Source: Candidatus Nomurabacteria bacterium (lineage in GTDB: Bacteria > Patescibacteriota > Minisyncoccia > Phycocordibacterales > SBAW01). Taken from it: DNA of 64,000 nucleotides. A program made the translations under genes and the position numbers. Numbering within the stretch: position 1 is the stretch's first letter; each line of letters opens with the position of its first letter. Shown here piece after piece: positions 18,547 to 28,100 of the stretch. Under the pieces are notes generated by a model, which saw only the letters and a list, made by a program, of their open reading frames with translations, did not search any database and had not been told where the DNA came from. The stretch lies in the NCBI GenBank assembly GCA_943348815.1, contig CALQYT010000005.1:5167-69166 (forward strand). The letters run 5' to 3'.

Positions 18547-19824
18547 CTACGCTATTTCCCGTTTGATGTTAAGGCCGACCTTGGCGAGACGCTCTTCTAT
18601 GGCTTCGTAGCCGCGGTCAATATGGTACACATGGTCGATCTGCGAAGTGCCATCAGCAACCGCCGCTGCCATCAAAAACGCCAACCCTGCGCGGATGTCT
18701 GGGCTTTGCAAATTGCGCGCATGCAGGGGTGTGGGGCCTTTTATTGAGATCTGTTGCGGATTCCATAGCGTAATATCCGCACCCATTTGTATAAGGTCTT
18801 GTGTGTAATTGAGGCGGCCGCCCCAGATCGTTTCGAACATCGTACTCTCACCTTCGGCCTGCGTTAGATACACCACCATCGGCGGCTGCAGGTCGGTGGC
18901 AAAGCCCGGATATTCGTGTGTGCGAATTTGGAGCGGTTTGAGCGGCGTCTTACCACGAACAGTAATACTCGACGCCGTTGTCGTAATTTCAACACCCGAG
19001 TCTCGCAAAAGTTCTATCAACATTTCGCAATGCGTTGGATTGCAGTCAGTGATCGTAAGTTCGGATGCGGCCAGGGCGCCGAGTAATACAAACGTTCCCG
19101 CTTCTATCCTATCGGGCATGGTTTGGAGTGTGGCGCCCTCCGAGCGCAAGAGTGCCCCGCCTACGACGGTGATAGTTGGTGTGCCAGCACCGGTTATTTT
19201 GGCCCCACAGCGATTGAGAAACTCTGCCAATTCGACAATCTCAGGCTCCATCGCCACGTTTTTTAATACCGTAGTCCCCTGCGCCAATACTGCCGCCATC
19301 ATGATGGTTTCAGTGGCCGTCACACTTACAAAACGAAAAAATATTTCGGCGCCCTTCAAGCCTTTGGGGGCCGATACCGAGTAGCGCTCTTGCGAGAAGC
19401 CAACCTCGGCGCCCAATTTTTGAAACCCTTCAATAAACATATCAATCGGCCGTGGGCCGATAACATCGCCGCCGGGGTGCGGAAAAGAAACTTTGCCAAA
19501 CCGCGCGAGTACGGGGCCACTTAGGACTATCGAGGCACGCAGCGTGCGCGCCAAACGCTCGTCGATATCGGTCGAGCTCGCCGAGCGCGGATCGATGGTA
19601 CAGCTACCGGATGCGTGCTCGACACGCGCGCCCAAGCCCACCAACAGCTCGCTCATGCGCGCGACATCCTCGATCTGCGGCACGTTGGTAAGCGCAACAG
19701 GGCCGTCAAACAACAGCGCCGCGGCCATCGATTTGAGCACGGCGTTTTTAGCACCACGCACCGGTATCGTGCCCTGCAGGGTGCGTGCGCCCGCTAAGCC
19801 CTCTATCAAAAATTTGCTACTCAT
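18547..19824 (-). CDS. murA: UDP-N-acetylglucosamine 1-carboxyvinyltransferase
   Basis: GAKNAVLKSMAAALL, and the active-site region with Cys in ...GPVLARFGKVSFPHPGGDVIGPRPID... Start at MSSKFLIEGL (ATG 19822-19824). Confidence 0.85.
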   Translation of the reverse strand: MSSKFLIEGLAGARTLQGTIPVRGAKNAVLKSMAAALLFDGPVALTNVPQIEDVARMSELLVGLGARVEHASGSCTIDPRSASSTDIDERLARTLRASIVLSGPVLARFGKVSFPHPGGDVIGPRPIDMFIEGFQKLGAEVGFSQERYSVSAPKGLKGAEIFFRFVSVTATETIMMAAVLAQGTTVLKNVAMEPEIVELAEFLNRCGAKITGAGTPTITVVGGALLRSEGATLQTMPDRIEAGTFVLLGALAASELTITDCNPTHCEMLIELLRDSGVEITTTASSITVRGKTPLKPLQIRTHEYPGFATDLQPPMVVYLTQAEGESTMFETIWGGRLNYTQDLIQMGADITLWNPQQISIKGPTPLHARNLQSPDIRAGLAFLMAAAVADGTSQIDHVYHIDRGYEAIEERLAKVGLNIKREIA

Positions 19825-20168
19825 CTTTTTTTTCGTGCTTCCCCTCCCCTTCGGTCGGGACAGGCTTTGGTTTAATTTCCCACCAAAATTTTTTGGAAAA
19901 ATCTTTTGCATCATCGCATATGCGGCGCAAATAATATAGGTCTTTGGTGGGGATAGCGACCAACAAGCGCCCCATACGCGGCATCGTAAGCGGCGGTAAC
20001 TTGGCGTGCTTGCGCGATTCGTTGAGTCGGTCCATAAAATATTTCATCATCTCGCCGCGCTCGGTGACCTTATCGCGCTTGGAGCGCTTGGAAGGCTCGG
20101 ACATGTGTTGGCCAATATGCTGCATAGACGAATTATACACTTTGGCGCATAGTACTAGGATGAAAGAC

Positions 20169-20735
20169 AGGGTGACACAGGTGGGCGACCCGGTCCTGCG
20201 CACGACGGCTGTACCCGTGCCTAAAAAAGATATTGGCGGCCGCAAACTGGCAGCGCTGATTAAACATATGAGCGATACTCTCAAACACGAGGGTTTTGGC
20301 GTGGCCATTGCTGCCCCGCAAGTTGGCGAGTCGCTGCGGCTTTTTGTCGTGGCCGGCAGCGTGTTTGAAAAGGATGGCGATGACGATGAAAAACCGATTG
20401 ATACGGGCAAGAAAAAAAGCATCGGGCCCGACCGCGTCTTCATCAACCCCGAAATTACCCGCCGCTCGCGGAATAAAAAAGAAATGTCTGAAGGCTGTTT
20501 GAGCGTCCGCGGCAAATACGGCACGGTTATGCGGCATGAAAAGGTGACGCTCAAAGCACTGACCGAAAAGGGCGAGCCGGTCACCTACAACGGTACAGGA
20601 CTCTTAGGGCACATCTTCCAGCACGAATGCGACCACCTGGACGGCATACTCTATATAGACAAGACCGTGCGGCTTGAGGAGGACGAAGACATGAAGGGGG
20701 CGCGGCAAAAACTAAAAGACAAACACGGCATCTAA
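20169..20735 (+). CDS. def: Peptide deformylase
   Basis: Motifs GVAIAAPQVG, EGCLSV and HECDHLDG. Start at the internal ATG 20169. Confidence 0.85.
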   Translation, partial: RVTQVGDPVLRTTAVPVPKKDIGGRKLAALIKHMSDTLKHEGFGVAIAAPQVGESLRLFVVAGSVFEKDGDDDEKPIDTGKKKSIGPDRVFINPEITRRSRNKKEMSEGCLSVRGKYGTVMRHEKVTLKALTEKGEPVTYNGTGLLGHIFQHECDHLDGILYIDKTVRLEEDEDMKGARQKLKDKHGI

Positions 20736-20737
20736 CC

Positions 20738-21490
20738 ATGAAAAATCCTTTGTTTGCTTTTTTTGGCACGTCAGTAGACTCGACCTACGCTTTGCGCGCA
20801 CTTGAAACCCACGGACTCTCCCCCGCCCTCGTAGTGGACACCAAAGACATTCCGATGGAGCTCTACAACACCGAGTGGGATTTCTTTTTGGTTGCCTCCT
20901 ACGGAAAAATTTTAAAAAAAGAAGTACTCGACTTGCCTCGTCACGGCTGCATCAACATCCACCCGTCGCTTTTGCCCAAGTTTCGCGGCCCCTCGCCGTA
21001 TGTATCGGCTATTTTGGCAGACGAGCGCGAGACAGGCGTAACGATTATGCAAATGGCCGAAAAGATGGACGCCGGACCTATCCTTGCCCAAGCCCGCATC
21101 GAGATAGCCGCGGAAGACTGGCCTCCCAAAGGACTGCTTCTTTCTGAGATGTTGTTTACCGAAGGGGTTAATTTATTGGTAGAAGTCTTGCCCGAATACT
21201 TGGACGGTACGCTTAAACTGGAGACTCAAGACGAGAACAAAGCGACCTATACGAAAAAATTTACGGATGAAGACGCTTTGATTGATTTAGATGGCGACCC
21301 ACGTCAGCAATTTTTAAAAATCCGTGCGTTCGACAAAAATCCGCGGGCGCATTTTATACAGGGTACCAAGAGGGTTATCATCACCGACGCGCACCTTATT
21401 GATAGTAAACTCGAGCTCTTGACCGTCATCCCCGAAGGCAAAAAAGAGATGCCCTATAACGATTATCTCCGAGGCGTGCGCAAAAACTAG
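20738..21490 (+). CDS. fmt: Methionyl-tRNA formyltransferase (short form)
   Basis: INIHPSLLPKFRGPSP (formyl-transferase SLLP motif) plus a C-terminal Fmt_C-like segment. Genetically coupled to def. Confidence 0.75.
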   Translation: MKNPLFAFFGTSVDSTYALRALETHGLSPALVVDTKDIPMELYNTEWDFFLVASYGKILKKEVLDLPRHGCINIHPSLLPKFRGPSPYVSAILADERETGVTIMQMAEKMDAGPILAQARIEIAAEDWPPKGLLLSEMLFTEGVNLLVEVLPEYLDGTLKLETQDENKATYTKKFTDEDALIDLDGDPRQQFLKIRAFDKNPRAHFIQGTKRVIITDAHLIDSKLELLTVIPEGKKEMPYNDYLRGVRKN

Positions 21491-21594
21491 GAAGCCTTCA
21501 TACGATCTTAAGGGTGAATAGTTAATGCTGAGCAATAGAAGCTCGGCTGTAATGCCCTGCTTCGCACAGCTTTACTCAACTATTTTATAACCCT

Positions 21595-22287
21595 ATGAAA
21601 GTACAAAAAATAATAGCGGGTGCCGCAGCGGCAACCGCACTTATGTTCGGCACGGCAGTATTTGCACAGAGCGCTCCCACCGTGGGTGTCACGGGCTCCT
21701 TCCCCTCAAGTGTGCAAGCGGGCACGCAGGATACGGCCGTGGCGTTTATTACGCTCACTGCATCAGGTGCACCAACCTCGACAGTAAGTGTCACTTCGCT
21801 CCCCATCGTGTTTGCAAACACGGGGGTCGTGTCGGACTGCCGGTTGCATAGCAACGGGGCAGAGCTCGGCGGTGGACTTAACACGGGCAGCAATGTGTTG
21901 CTTACCCCGGGCGTGGTTAACCAAATCATGCTCGACGCACCGCTCCAGCTAACGACTGGCGCTCCGACGACGCAGCTTACGTTGCGCTGCGACATCTCAG
22001 CTGCTACACCGGTAGGCTACGTGCTTGGCATTGCGTTTGCGCCGGGTAATATCGTCGCTCAAACCGGCACCAGCACTGCAATAATTCCTTTCGGCCTTGG
22101 TATCCCGAGCGGAGCACCGTTTGCGGGTGAGTTTACGATCCTGGGCGGCACGGGCACTCCGACTCCTACACCGGGTACTCCAAACACCGGTGCTGGTGGC
22201 AACGCAGCCATGATCCTTACCTTGCTCACCCTTGCGGGTGTGGTAGCAATCGGCGGCATGGTGCGCTTGGTCGCTCGACGCGCTTAA
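21595..22287 (+). CDS. Secreted Thr/Gly-rich protein with C-terminal sorting-signal-like anchor
   Basis: Signal peptide. C-terminus ...TPGTPNTGAGGNAAMILTLLTLAGVVAIGGMVRLVARRA is a motif, then a hydrophobic span, then a basic tail, like sortase substrates. Confidence 0.5.
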   Translation: MKVQKIIAGAAAATALMFGTAVFAQSAPTVGVTGSFPSSVQAGTQDTAVAFITLTASGAPTSTVSVTSLPIVFANTGVVSDCRLHSNGAELGGGLNTGSNVLLTPGVVNQIMLDAPLQLTTGAPTTQLTLRCDISAATPVGYVLGIAFAPGNIVAQTGTSTAIIPFGLGIPSGAPFAGEFTILGGTGTPTPTPGTPNTGAGGNAAMILTLLTLAGVVAIGGMVRLVARRA

Positions 22288-22302
22288 GGTCTTGGTCTAC
22301 AC

Positions 22303-22336
22303 AAAACCCCCGGCCGTTATGGCCGGGGGTTTTGTC
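22303..22336. terminator. Bidirectional intrinsic terminator AAACCCCCGGCC...GGCCGGGGGTTTT
   Basis: 10-bp perfect stem flanked by A-tract and T-tract, between convergent genes. Confidence 0.65.
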
Positions 22337-22345
22337 TATGACTAA

Positions 22346-22705
22346 TTAGAGACTCCGCCGCCAACCGCGAATATAGTCTTTAACTCTCGCGGCGCTGCGG
22401 CGGAAGATGTGTAAACGCTTTTTCTTGTTGCGGCTTAGCTCGCCAAACACTGCATTGTTTGCCACATCTATGGCTGCGTGCATGCTTTCGCCCCACGCAC
22501 TGGCGCGGTACACCGAGCCGGCAGACTCAACCGTTAGTTCGGCACGATAATGTTCGCCATGCCGCATTTCTTGATACTCCAACTCCACGTCAACATGTGA
22601 CGGGTCTTGCAAAAACTTTTCGATCCCCTCCAATTTGCGGTCGAGGTATGAGCGGAGCTCAGGAGTAATCGAGAGTCCGGTACCTTTAAGATTGTAGTTG
22701 AGCAT
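22346..22705 (-). CDS. hpf: Ribosome hibernation promoting factor / RaiA family
   Basis: 119 aa, MLNYNLKGTGLSITPELRSYLDRKLEGIEKFL..., a typical S30AE fold sequence. Confidence 0.8.
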   Translation of the reverse strand: MLNYNLKGTGLSITPELRSYLDRKLEGIEKFLQDPSHVDVELEYQEMRHGEHYRAELTVESAGSVYRASAWGESMHAAIDVANNAVFGELSRNKKKRLHIFRRSAARVKDYIRGWRRSL

Positions 22706-22731
22706 GAACTCATTGTACCTGAAGTCCTGCT

Positions 22732-22965
22732 CTATTCCATCTCCGTTTCTTCGTTTTTAATTTCTTCGACTTCGCTCATTTCGGACACTTCGTCCTCGTG
22801 CCTTTTATGAGTCGCTTGGCCGCCTTTGCGGCCGGCCTCGGCGGCCTCTTGCGAGTCAAACTCGTGCGCCGTACCTTTGAGGTGGGCAGCCTTACCGCCC
22901 TTGCTTGCTATCTCGCGTTGCTTAGCCGCGTCCATTGCGGCAAAGCCGCGGGGATTGTTAGCCAT
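22732..22965 (-). CDS. KGG-repeat general stress protein
   Basis: ASKGGKAAH and GRKGGQATH KGG repeats, acidic C-terminal tail. Confidence 0.6.
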   Translation of the reverse strand: MANNPRGFAAMDAAKQREIASKGGKAAHLKGTAHEFDSQEAAEAGRKGGQATHKRHEDEVSEMSEVEEIKNEETEME

Positions 22966-23073
22966 ATCGTGTTAAGGGATTAGGGGTCTCTAATCAATCG
23001 ACACCTCATCCTACCCGCCCCTGCATTAAAGCTGGATTAAGACGCTTTTCTCATTAAAAAACGCAGCCATATT

Positions 23074-23754
23074 TCAGGCTGCGGTATTACAAGGATGCGG
23101 ACGGAAGCCGGGACGAACATCTGCGTCGACCCATTCAAGCTGCTCCTTGTCCGTCATGACCAGCGGAGCCAACAAGGGCTCTGCACAGAAGATCGAGCGG
23201 AAGAAGCAGGTCGAAGTGCCCGTGTGGCACGCCAGACCCTTGCCGAGCACATCAACGCGGCAAAGAATGACGTCGCCTAGCATGCTTACGCGGTAGAGCT
23301 GCAACTGCAAGAAGTTGCCGCTCTCCTTACCCTTGGTCCACAACTCCTTGCGCGAGCGGGACCAAAAGGTGACGTGTTTGGTATCGAGGGTCCGCTGCCA
23401 CGCCACCGCATTGGCATAAGCGACCATGCGGACGTCACCCTTGGTGTCCTGCACAACCACCATGACAAGGTTATTGGGATCCTGACTGAAAACGGGATCC
23501 CTTTTGGACCACCATTCGCGCGCTCGAGACGACTCGACAAGCATCAACACCGCATCACCGTCGCAGTCGACACGAACGTCGAGCATCTTGGACACGGACC
23601 CCGCTTCGACCGTGACCAGACCATGACGCAACACCGACCTAAATTCGAATTCGGTAATGTTGCCGGCCCAGATCACGTCCCTGGTGTGGGCATCTTGGAC
23701 AACGGCGGCAACCATGCGGTTTAAGCCGGAGAATTTCGGTTTCAAGATCTTCAA
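23074..23754 (-). CDS. Orphan tandem phosphoribosyl-AMP cyclohydrolase (HisI)-like protein, TTG start
   Basis: C-terminal half VVQDTKGDVRMVAYANAVAWQRTLDTKHVTFWSRSRKELWTKGKESGNFLQLQLYRVSMLGDVILCRVDVLGKGLACHTGTSTCFF matches the canonical PRA-CH core (SRSR, DCD-like, CHTG). The N-terminal half is a degenerate copy (VDCDGDAVLML). GGAGGAAAC RBS plus TTG start. Own terminator 23040-23073. GC3-rich. Confidence 0.6.
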   Translation of the reverse strand: MKILKPKFSGLNRMVAAVVQDAHTRDVIWAGNITEFEFRSVLRHGLVTVEAGSVSKMLDVRVDCDGDAVLMLVESSRAREWWSKRDPVFSQDPNNLVMVVVQDTKGDVRMVAYANAVAWQRTLDTKHVTFWSRSRKELWTKGKESGNFLQLQLYRVSMLGDVILCRVDVLGKGLACHTGTSTCFFRSIFCAEPLLAPLVMTDKEQLEWVDADVRPGFRPHPCNTAA

Positions 23755-23820
23755 GTTTCCTCCTTGCCGGGGCTACCGGTCTGCCAGACAAGCTGTCGAT
23801 GATACTACCTAATTATTCGT

Positions 23821-24204
23821 TTATTTGCTAGGAGCCTTTTCGCCAAAATAACAAGCCTCTATATTATTGCCGTCCAGGTCGAGCACAAACGCCGCGTAGT
23901 AGTCGGGCCCATAGTCGGTGCGGAAGCCCGGCGCCCCGTTGTCTTTGCCACCGGCAGCGATACCCTCTTTGTGAAATTTTTGCACTGCCTCTTTGCTTTT
24001 GGCACCCACCGCCACATGCATCGGCTGCACTTTGTCGGGCTTTTGTACGATCCAAAAACTGGTCGACTCCCCTTCGCAAAACCCACCCGCATTCCACTCG
24101 GCATAGTCGCGCTGCAGCACATACCCTACCGGTTTAAGCAGGCGCGTATAAAACTCCTTGGACTTCTTATAATCGCTCACCGGCACCGAGACATGTTCGA
24201 TCAT
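23821..24204 (-). CDS. VOC/glyoxalase-family protein
   Basis: 127 aa, MIEHVSVPVSDYKKSKEFYTRLL, a typical glyoxalase/bleomycin-resistance fold N-terminus. Confidence 0.6.
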   Translation of the reverse strand: MIEHVSVPVSDYKKSKEFYTRLLKPVGYVLQRDYAEWNAGGFCEGESTSFWIVQKPDKVQPMHVAVGAKSKEAVQKFHKEGIAAGGKDNGAPGFRTDYGPDYYAAFVLDLDGNNIEACYFGEKAPSK

Positions 24205-24242
24205 GAGGTCAGTCTAACTCACTATTCTGGAGAGAGGATGAA

Positions 24243-25466
24243 TTATTTACCCAGGTTTAGTTGTGCTCGAGTGCCTGGGCCCACATAGCCAACCGCCTCT
24301 AATCCGTGGGCTTTTTGATATGCCTGCACTGCTTTGGAAGTTACCTGCCCAAAGTAACCCGTTGCGTCGCCTGAGAAATAGTTAAGATCTTTCAGCAGTT
24401 TTTGTAATGCGGTGACGTCGGCACCCGAACTACCTACGCCCAGATATTTTTTAAACACATACAGAATTTTTGTAGCAGAGGTCGACCCTGTTGATGTTTG
24501 GGTAGTCTGTGCAGAGGTAGACGTTTGAGTAGAAGTGTCAGAGGAAGTAGCAGTAGTTGGCGGTTGATACGGCACGGTGATAGTAATGCTGGCATTCAGT
24601 TTTTGACCGCGCGTATCACTCACCGCAATAGTGAGTGGGTGCGCGCCAATATCTTTGTACTGCGGCGTAAAGCTCGCGCGGCCCGCCGAATCTATCATGA
24701 CTGAAGAACTGCTCATCCAAAAAGCATCCCGCAAAGCAAAAGTTGGATTAACAAAACCGGTTGTCGATGCCACAAAGGTCATCTTTTCGCCCACCCGCAC
24801 CGTAGTGCCCGGTAGCAAGTTAAGAAGGGTGAGCGAGGGCACGGGCAGCACCGTAAATTTCTGCGTAACCGTCGTGCTAAAGCCCGCACTGTCTTGTGCC
24901 GTGATAGTGAGCGTGTGCACCCCAATATCTTGCGGGAGCGGTGTCCAGTTAAGGAGCCCGCCCGCAGAGACAGAACTACTACGGATCGACGAACCGGGAA
25001 AAGAATCACTAATGCCGTACGTTGGGTTACTAAGGCCGGTCGTGGTGACGGTAAAAGTAACCGGGTACCCAATGGTCACGGTATCCGACGCAAGATTAGC
25101 AACACCTCCCGTTGGACCCGCAGTAACGGCGACCGTCACACTAAGCGTTGCGGTGTTACCAAGTGCATCGGCAAGACTGATGGCAAAGGTATGCGTGCCG
25201 ACATCGTCTTTGTTGGGGTACCAAACAAAGTTGCCCGAGCTATCGATGTTGCCAGTGGTCGCTCCTCCGGAGAATGAGTCGACCAACGTGTAGCTCGGGT
25301 GGCTAAAACCGCTCGGCAGGACAATAAAAGAGACGCGGGTGCCCGCAGTAACGGTGGTGCCAGGATACGGCGTAGTTGCGGTGGCCGATGCCGCAGCCGA
25401 CGCCAACACCGGAACACAGAGTAAAGAAATTCCAATTACTAGTCGTACAAAAAATTTAAAATGCAT
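24243..25466 (-). CDS. Secreted multi-Ig-like-domain protein with C-terminal peptidoglycan-binding (PG_binding_1) domain
   Basis: Signal peptide MHFKFFVRLVIGISLLCVPVLASA. Repeated beta-rich modules. C-terminus GSSGADVTALQKLLKDLNYFSGDATGYFGQVTSKAVQAYQ. Confidence 0.65.
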   Translation of the reverse strand: MHFKFFVRLVIGISLLCVPVLASAAASATATTPYPGTTVTAGTRVSFIVLPSGFSHPSYTLVDSFSGGATTGNIDSSGNFVWYPNKDDVGTHTFAISLADALGNTATLSVTVAVTAGPTGGVANLASDTVTIGYPVTFTVTTTGLSNPTYGISDSFPGSSIRSSSVSAGGLLNWTPLPQDIGVHTLTITAQDSAGFSTTVTQKFTVLPVPSLTLLNLLPGTTVRVGEKMTFVASTTGFVNPTFALRDAFWMSSSSVMIDSAGRASFTPQYKDIGAHPLTIAVSDTRGQKLNASITITVPYQPPTTATSSDTSTQTSTSAQTTQTSTGSTSATKILYVFKKYLGVGSSGADVTALQKLLKDLNYFSGDATGYFGQVTSKAVQAYQKAHGLEAVGYVGPGTRAQLNLGK

Positions 25467-25512
25467 GTCGTAATTATAGTGCATTAAAAACCGCCCCAGT
25501 TGTTGGGGGCGG

Positions 25513-26022
25513 CTATTCTCCTGGTTCTTTGTGGTATTCCCTGCGTCCTGGCCGCTGATCGCCAAAACTTTGTACCGGCGCAACGTGGCGCATTTGTTGC
25601 GGCGGCTGAAGAGGGATCGGCGAATCTGGGTCGAAGCGGGGGTTGAACATTCGCACAACCACCCTCCCCTCTACCAAGACCTTAGCCGGCAGTAACTGGC
25701 CAGCTTTGTAGTTAGTAGTTGGCGGATCATTATTTGCGAGCGCCAGGTGGTGGCCCATATACAAAACGCAATTGGGCTCTCTATCCTTATCTACTGGCCA
25801 GTAATGCACAACGGCAGCAGCCCAAGGGAAGGCTGGGTCGTCAGTCTTTACCTCCACGTGCGCTACCGCTTTGGCAATATCACTTTTCTTACGCTTGCTG
25901 AAGGGTAGCCCATGGAAACACTCAACGGTACCCGGGGGCCCGGGATACTCCCGCCAACCGTAACTTCCGTCGTCGGAAAGTTTTGTACTGAGTGGCTTAT
26001 CTACCGTGACAAATAATTTCAT
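25513..26022 (-). CDS. Hypothetical protein (170 aa), GC3-rich cassette
   Basis: GAGGGGAGCC RBS before MKLFVTVDK. Terminator CCGCCCCCAACAACTGGGGCGG-TTTTT downstream on the minus strand. No recognisable motifs. Confidence 0.4.
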   Translation of the reverse strand: MKLFVTVDKPLSTKLSDDGSYGWREYPGPPGTVECFHGLPFSKRKKSDIAKAVAHVEVKTDDPAFPWAAAVVHYWPVDKDREPNCVLYMGHHLALANNDPPTTNYKAGQLLPAKVLVEGRVVVRMFNPRFDPDSPIPLQPPQQMRHVAPVQSFGDQRPGRREYHKEPGE

Positions 26023-26081
26023 GGCTCCCCTCGCCAAGTTTGCTGCAGGGACGCGACTTACTACCGGCAGTTTAGCATTTA

Positions 26082-27158
26082 TTAGATTTCCACAAACTTT
26101 CCATCTTTGTACTGATGGATCACCACCTCTGGCAGACGAGTACCGACCGCATTGAATTTTACTTCCCCCGATGCACCGCTAAACTTGAAATTATTTTTTA
26201 ACGCAGATAGCCAATCATTTTTATTTTTCTGCGCTAGCATGGCGAGTATAGACACCGCATCGTAGGCATAATCTGCAGTTAACACCGGCTCTGCTTTGTA
26301 GGTAGATTTATACGTCGATACAAATTCACTCGTTTTGGTATCCGGCAAAGTAGAAGAAATACATCCTTCGAATATATCCTTTCCTACTTTAGCGGTGTAC
26401 TCGCCGATCGAGAATTCGAGATTGCCGTCACAAATGATGGCGACGGTATGTTTAGGGTCATACAGTTTCAGATCTTGGAGATATTTAATCCCTTCCTCCA
26501 GCGGCAAGAACACGGTAGTGGCATCCGGTTTAAAAGCCAAGATCTTTTGTGTCTCTGTGCGGAAGTCCGACCCGGGCGGCAACGCAAATGTCTCGACCAT
26601 GTCGTTTTTATCGACTCCCTTCAAAAAATCATCTTTCCATTGCTGCCACAAGCTACCGCTTTGGCTGTACACGATCGCGATCCGATTAAACCGCTTACTC
26701 GCTTCTTCGCCCAGTCGGGGCGCTATCTTGTCGCTCGCGGGCATAAGCTGAAAGACCGTATCATCTTCGTGGTACAAGGACTCCCCGAGCGAAAAGAGTA
26801 ACGTGTGATCTTGCGCCACAATGGGCTTCAGCGCTCCGATGACCGGCGCACTCACGGCAACTACCGCATCTACCTGGTTGATACTTTTTAATTTCTCATA
26901 CGCTAAGACACCAACCTTTGGGTCGTACTTGTCGTCCTCAAAAATAAGCTGGACAGCTTGTCCTTTGGCTTGCAAAGCTTTTTGCGAGAGCAACATCGCA
27001 TTTCTTTCTGACTCACCTAAGAAAGCATACTGTCCCGACAGCGGTGCGATGACTCCGATTTTTATTCCGCCGGACGGAGTTGTTTTTTGGGTAGCTAAAC
27101 CCCACGCTGCAATCCCAACTACTACCGCAAGCCCAAAAACTATGACAACTTTTTTCAT
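26082..27158 (-). CDS. ABC transporter substrate-binding protein (type-1 periplasmic binding fold, Liv-like)
   Basis: Signal/anchor MKKVVIVFGLAVVVGIAAWG. IKIGVIAPLSGQYAFLGESERNA is typical of the branched-chain amino-acid binding family. Confidence 0.7.
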   Translation of the reverse strand: MKKVVIVFGLAVVVGIAAWGLATQKTTPSGGIKIGVIAPLSGQYAFLGESERNAMLLSQKALQAKGQAVQLIFEDDKYDPKVGVLAYEKLKSINQVDAVVAVSAPVIGALKPIVAQDHTLLFSLGESLYHEDDTVFQLMPASDKIAPRLGEEASKRFNRIAIVYSQSGSLWQQWKDDFLKGVDKNDMVETFALPPGSDFRTETQKILAFKPDATTVFLPLEEGIKYLQDLKLYDPKHTVAIICDGNLEFSIGEYTAKVGKDIFEGCISSTLPDTKTSEFVSTYKSTYKAEPVLTADYAYDAVSILAMLAQKNKNDWLSALKNNFKFSGASGEVKFNAVGTRLPEVVIHQYKDGKFVEI

Positions 27159-27270
27159 CTGGCGAGTATACCGTTTGTGTAAAACAAAGAGTATATTTTT
27201 TATACTAAAATCAAAAAAGCATTATTTAACAACATAAAATAAGATTAAATTTGACGAAAATTACGTCATA

Positions 27271-28089
27271 TTGTATATTACCCGGGTGAAAGCTACTACC
27301 CGTCGGGCAAAAATACTCGGATTTTCAGGCCTGGAAACTGCCTTATTTGAGGAACTCTCAGAGAGACCTACCAGTGTCTCTGATCTTGCTCGTCGGCTCA
27401 AAAAACCGCGGACTTCTTTATTTGAGCCCCTAAAGTCTCTACACAAAAGAGGTTTTGTAGAACCCACAAAAATTGGCAAAAGAACTTGGTGGAAAAAAGT
27501 GTCTCAAGAGTCGCTTACTCATTCATTGGGGACCGCGTTGTTAAGTGGGATAATTCCTGGCGACGCGCCCGCGCATCCGGAGTTTTTTCTGCACCAGGGC
27601 AAGCAAGCTCTTTCAAAAATTTATTACCAGCTTGGCGATTGCAAAAAAGAACGAGTGCTTTTTATACAACCCAACGCATCACTCGCAAGCTCGTTAAAAG
27701 CTTTTACCCAAGACGATCTGGTTGAAATAAATACTCGCATAAAAAAGAGCTCCGTAATTATGGAGACCATTCTGCAAGAAAATGTAATACCCCATTGGGC
27801 AGAGGCGATTAAGAAAAAAGGATGGTCAGTGGAAAAGGTACTGCGGGCGGTTGAGGGCCGTGCGGCTGACACCACCTATGTACCAAAAGAGTTTTTAAAC
27901 TTTAACTCCGAAATTATTGTGATGCCCAAAGTTGCGTACATCGTCAACTGGGACCGTCTTGTGGCAATCGAAATACATAATCAAGAAACCTTAGGGTTGT
28001 TAAGAGAAATATTTGCCTTTGCAAAACATTTTGGTCATAAGGTTAACCTTAACGAGTTGGTAGCACGCCAGCACAACAATAAAAATTAA
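27271..28089 (+). CDS. Winged-helix transcriptional regulator (TTG start)
   Basis: wHTH segment SVSDLARRLKKPRTSLFEPLKSLHKRGFVEP plus an uncharacterised C-terminal domain. Confidence 0.5.
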   Translation: MYITRVKATTRRAKILGFSGLETALFEELSERPTSVSDLARRLKKPRTSLFEPLKSLHKRGFVEPTKIGKRTWWKKVSQESLTHSLGTALLSGIIPGDAPAHPEFFLHQGKQALSKIYYQLGDCKKERVLFIQPNASLASSLKAFTQDDLVEINTRIKKSSVIMETILQENVIPHWAEAIKKKGWSVEKVLRAVEGRAADTTYVPKEFLNFNSEIIVMPKVAYIVNWDRLVAIEIHNQETLGLLREIFAFAKHFGHKVNLNELVARQHNNKN

Positions 28090-28100
28090 AAAGCCGCCAG

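Noticed and set aside
27251-27279. TTGACG-17-TATATT promoter-like element with a TGACG...CGTCA inverted repeat
   Set aside because: The -10 hexamer overlaps the predicted TTG start of the wHTH gene at 27271, so it cannot be that gene's promoter. It is possibly coincidental in AT-rich DNA, or the gene start is mis-set.
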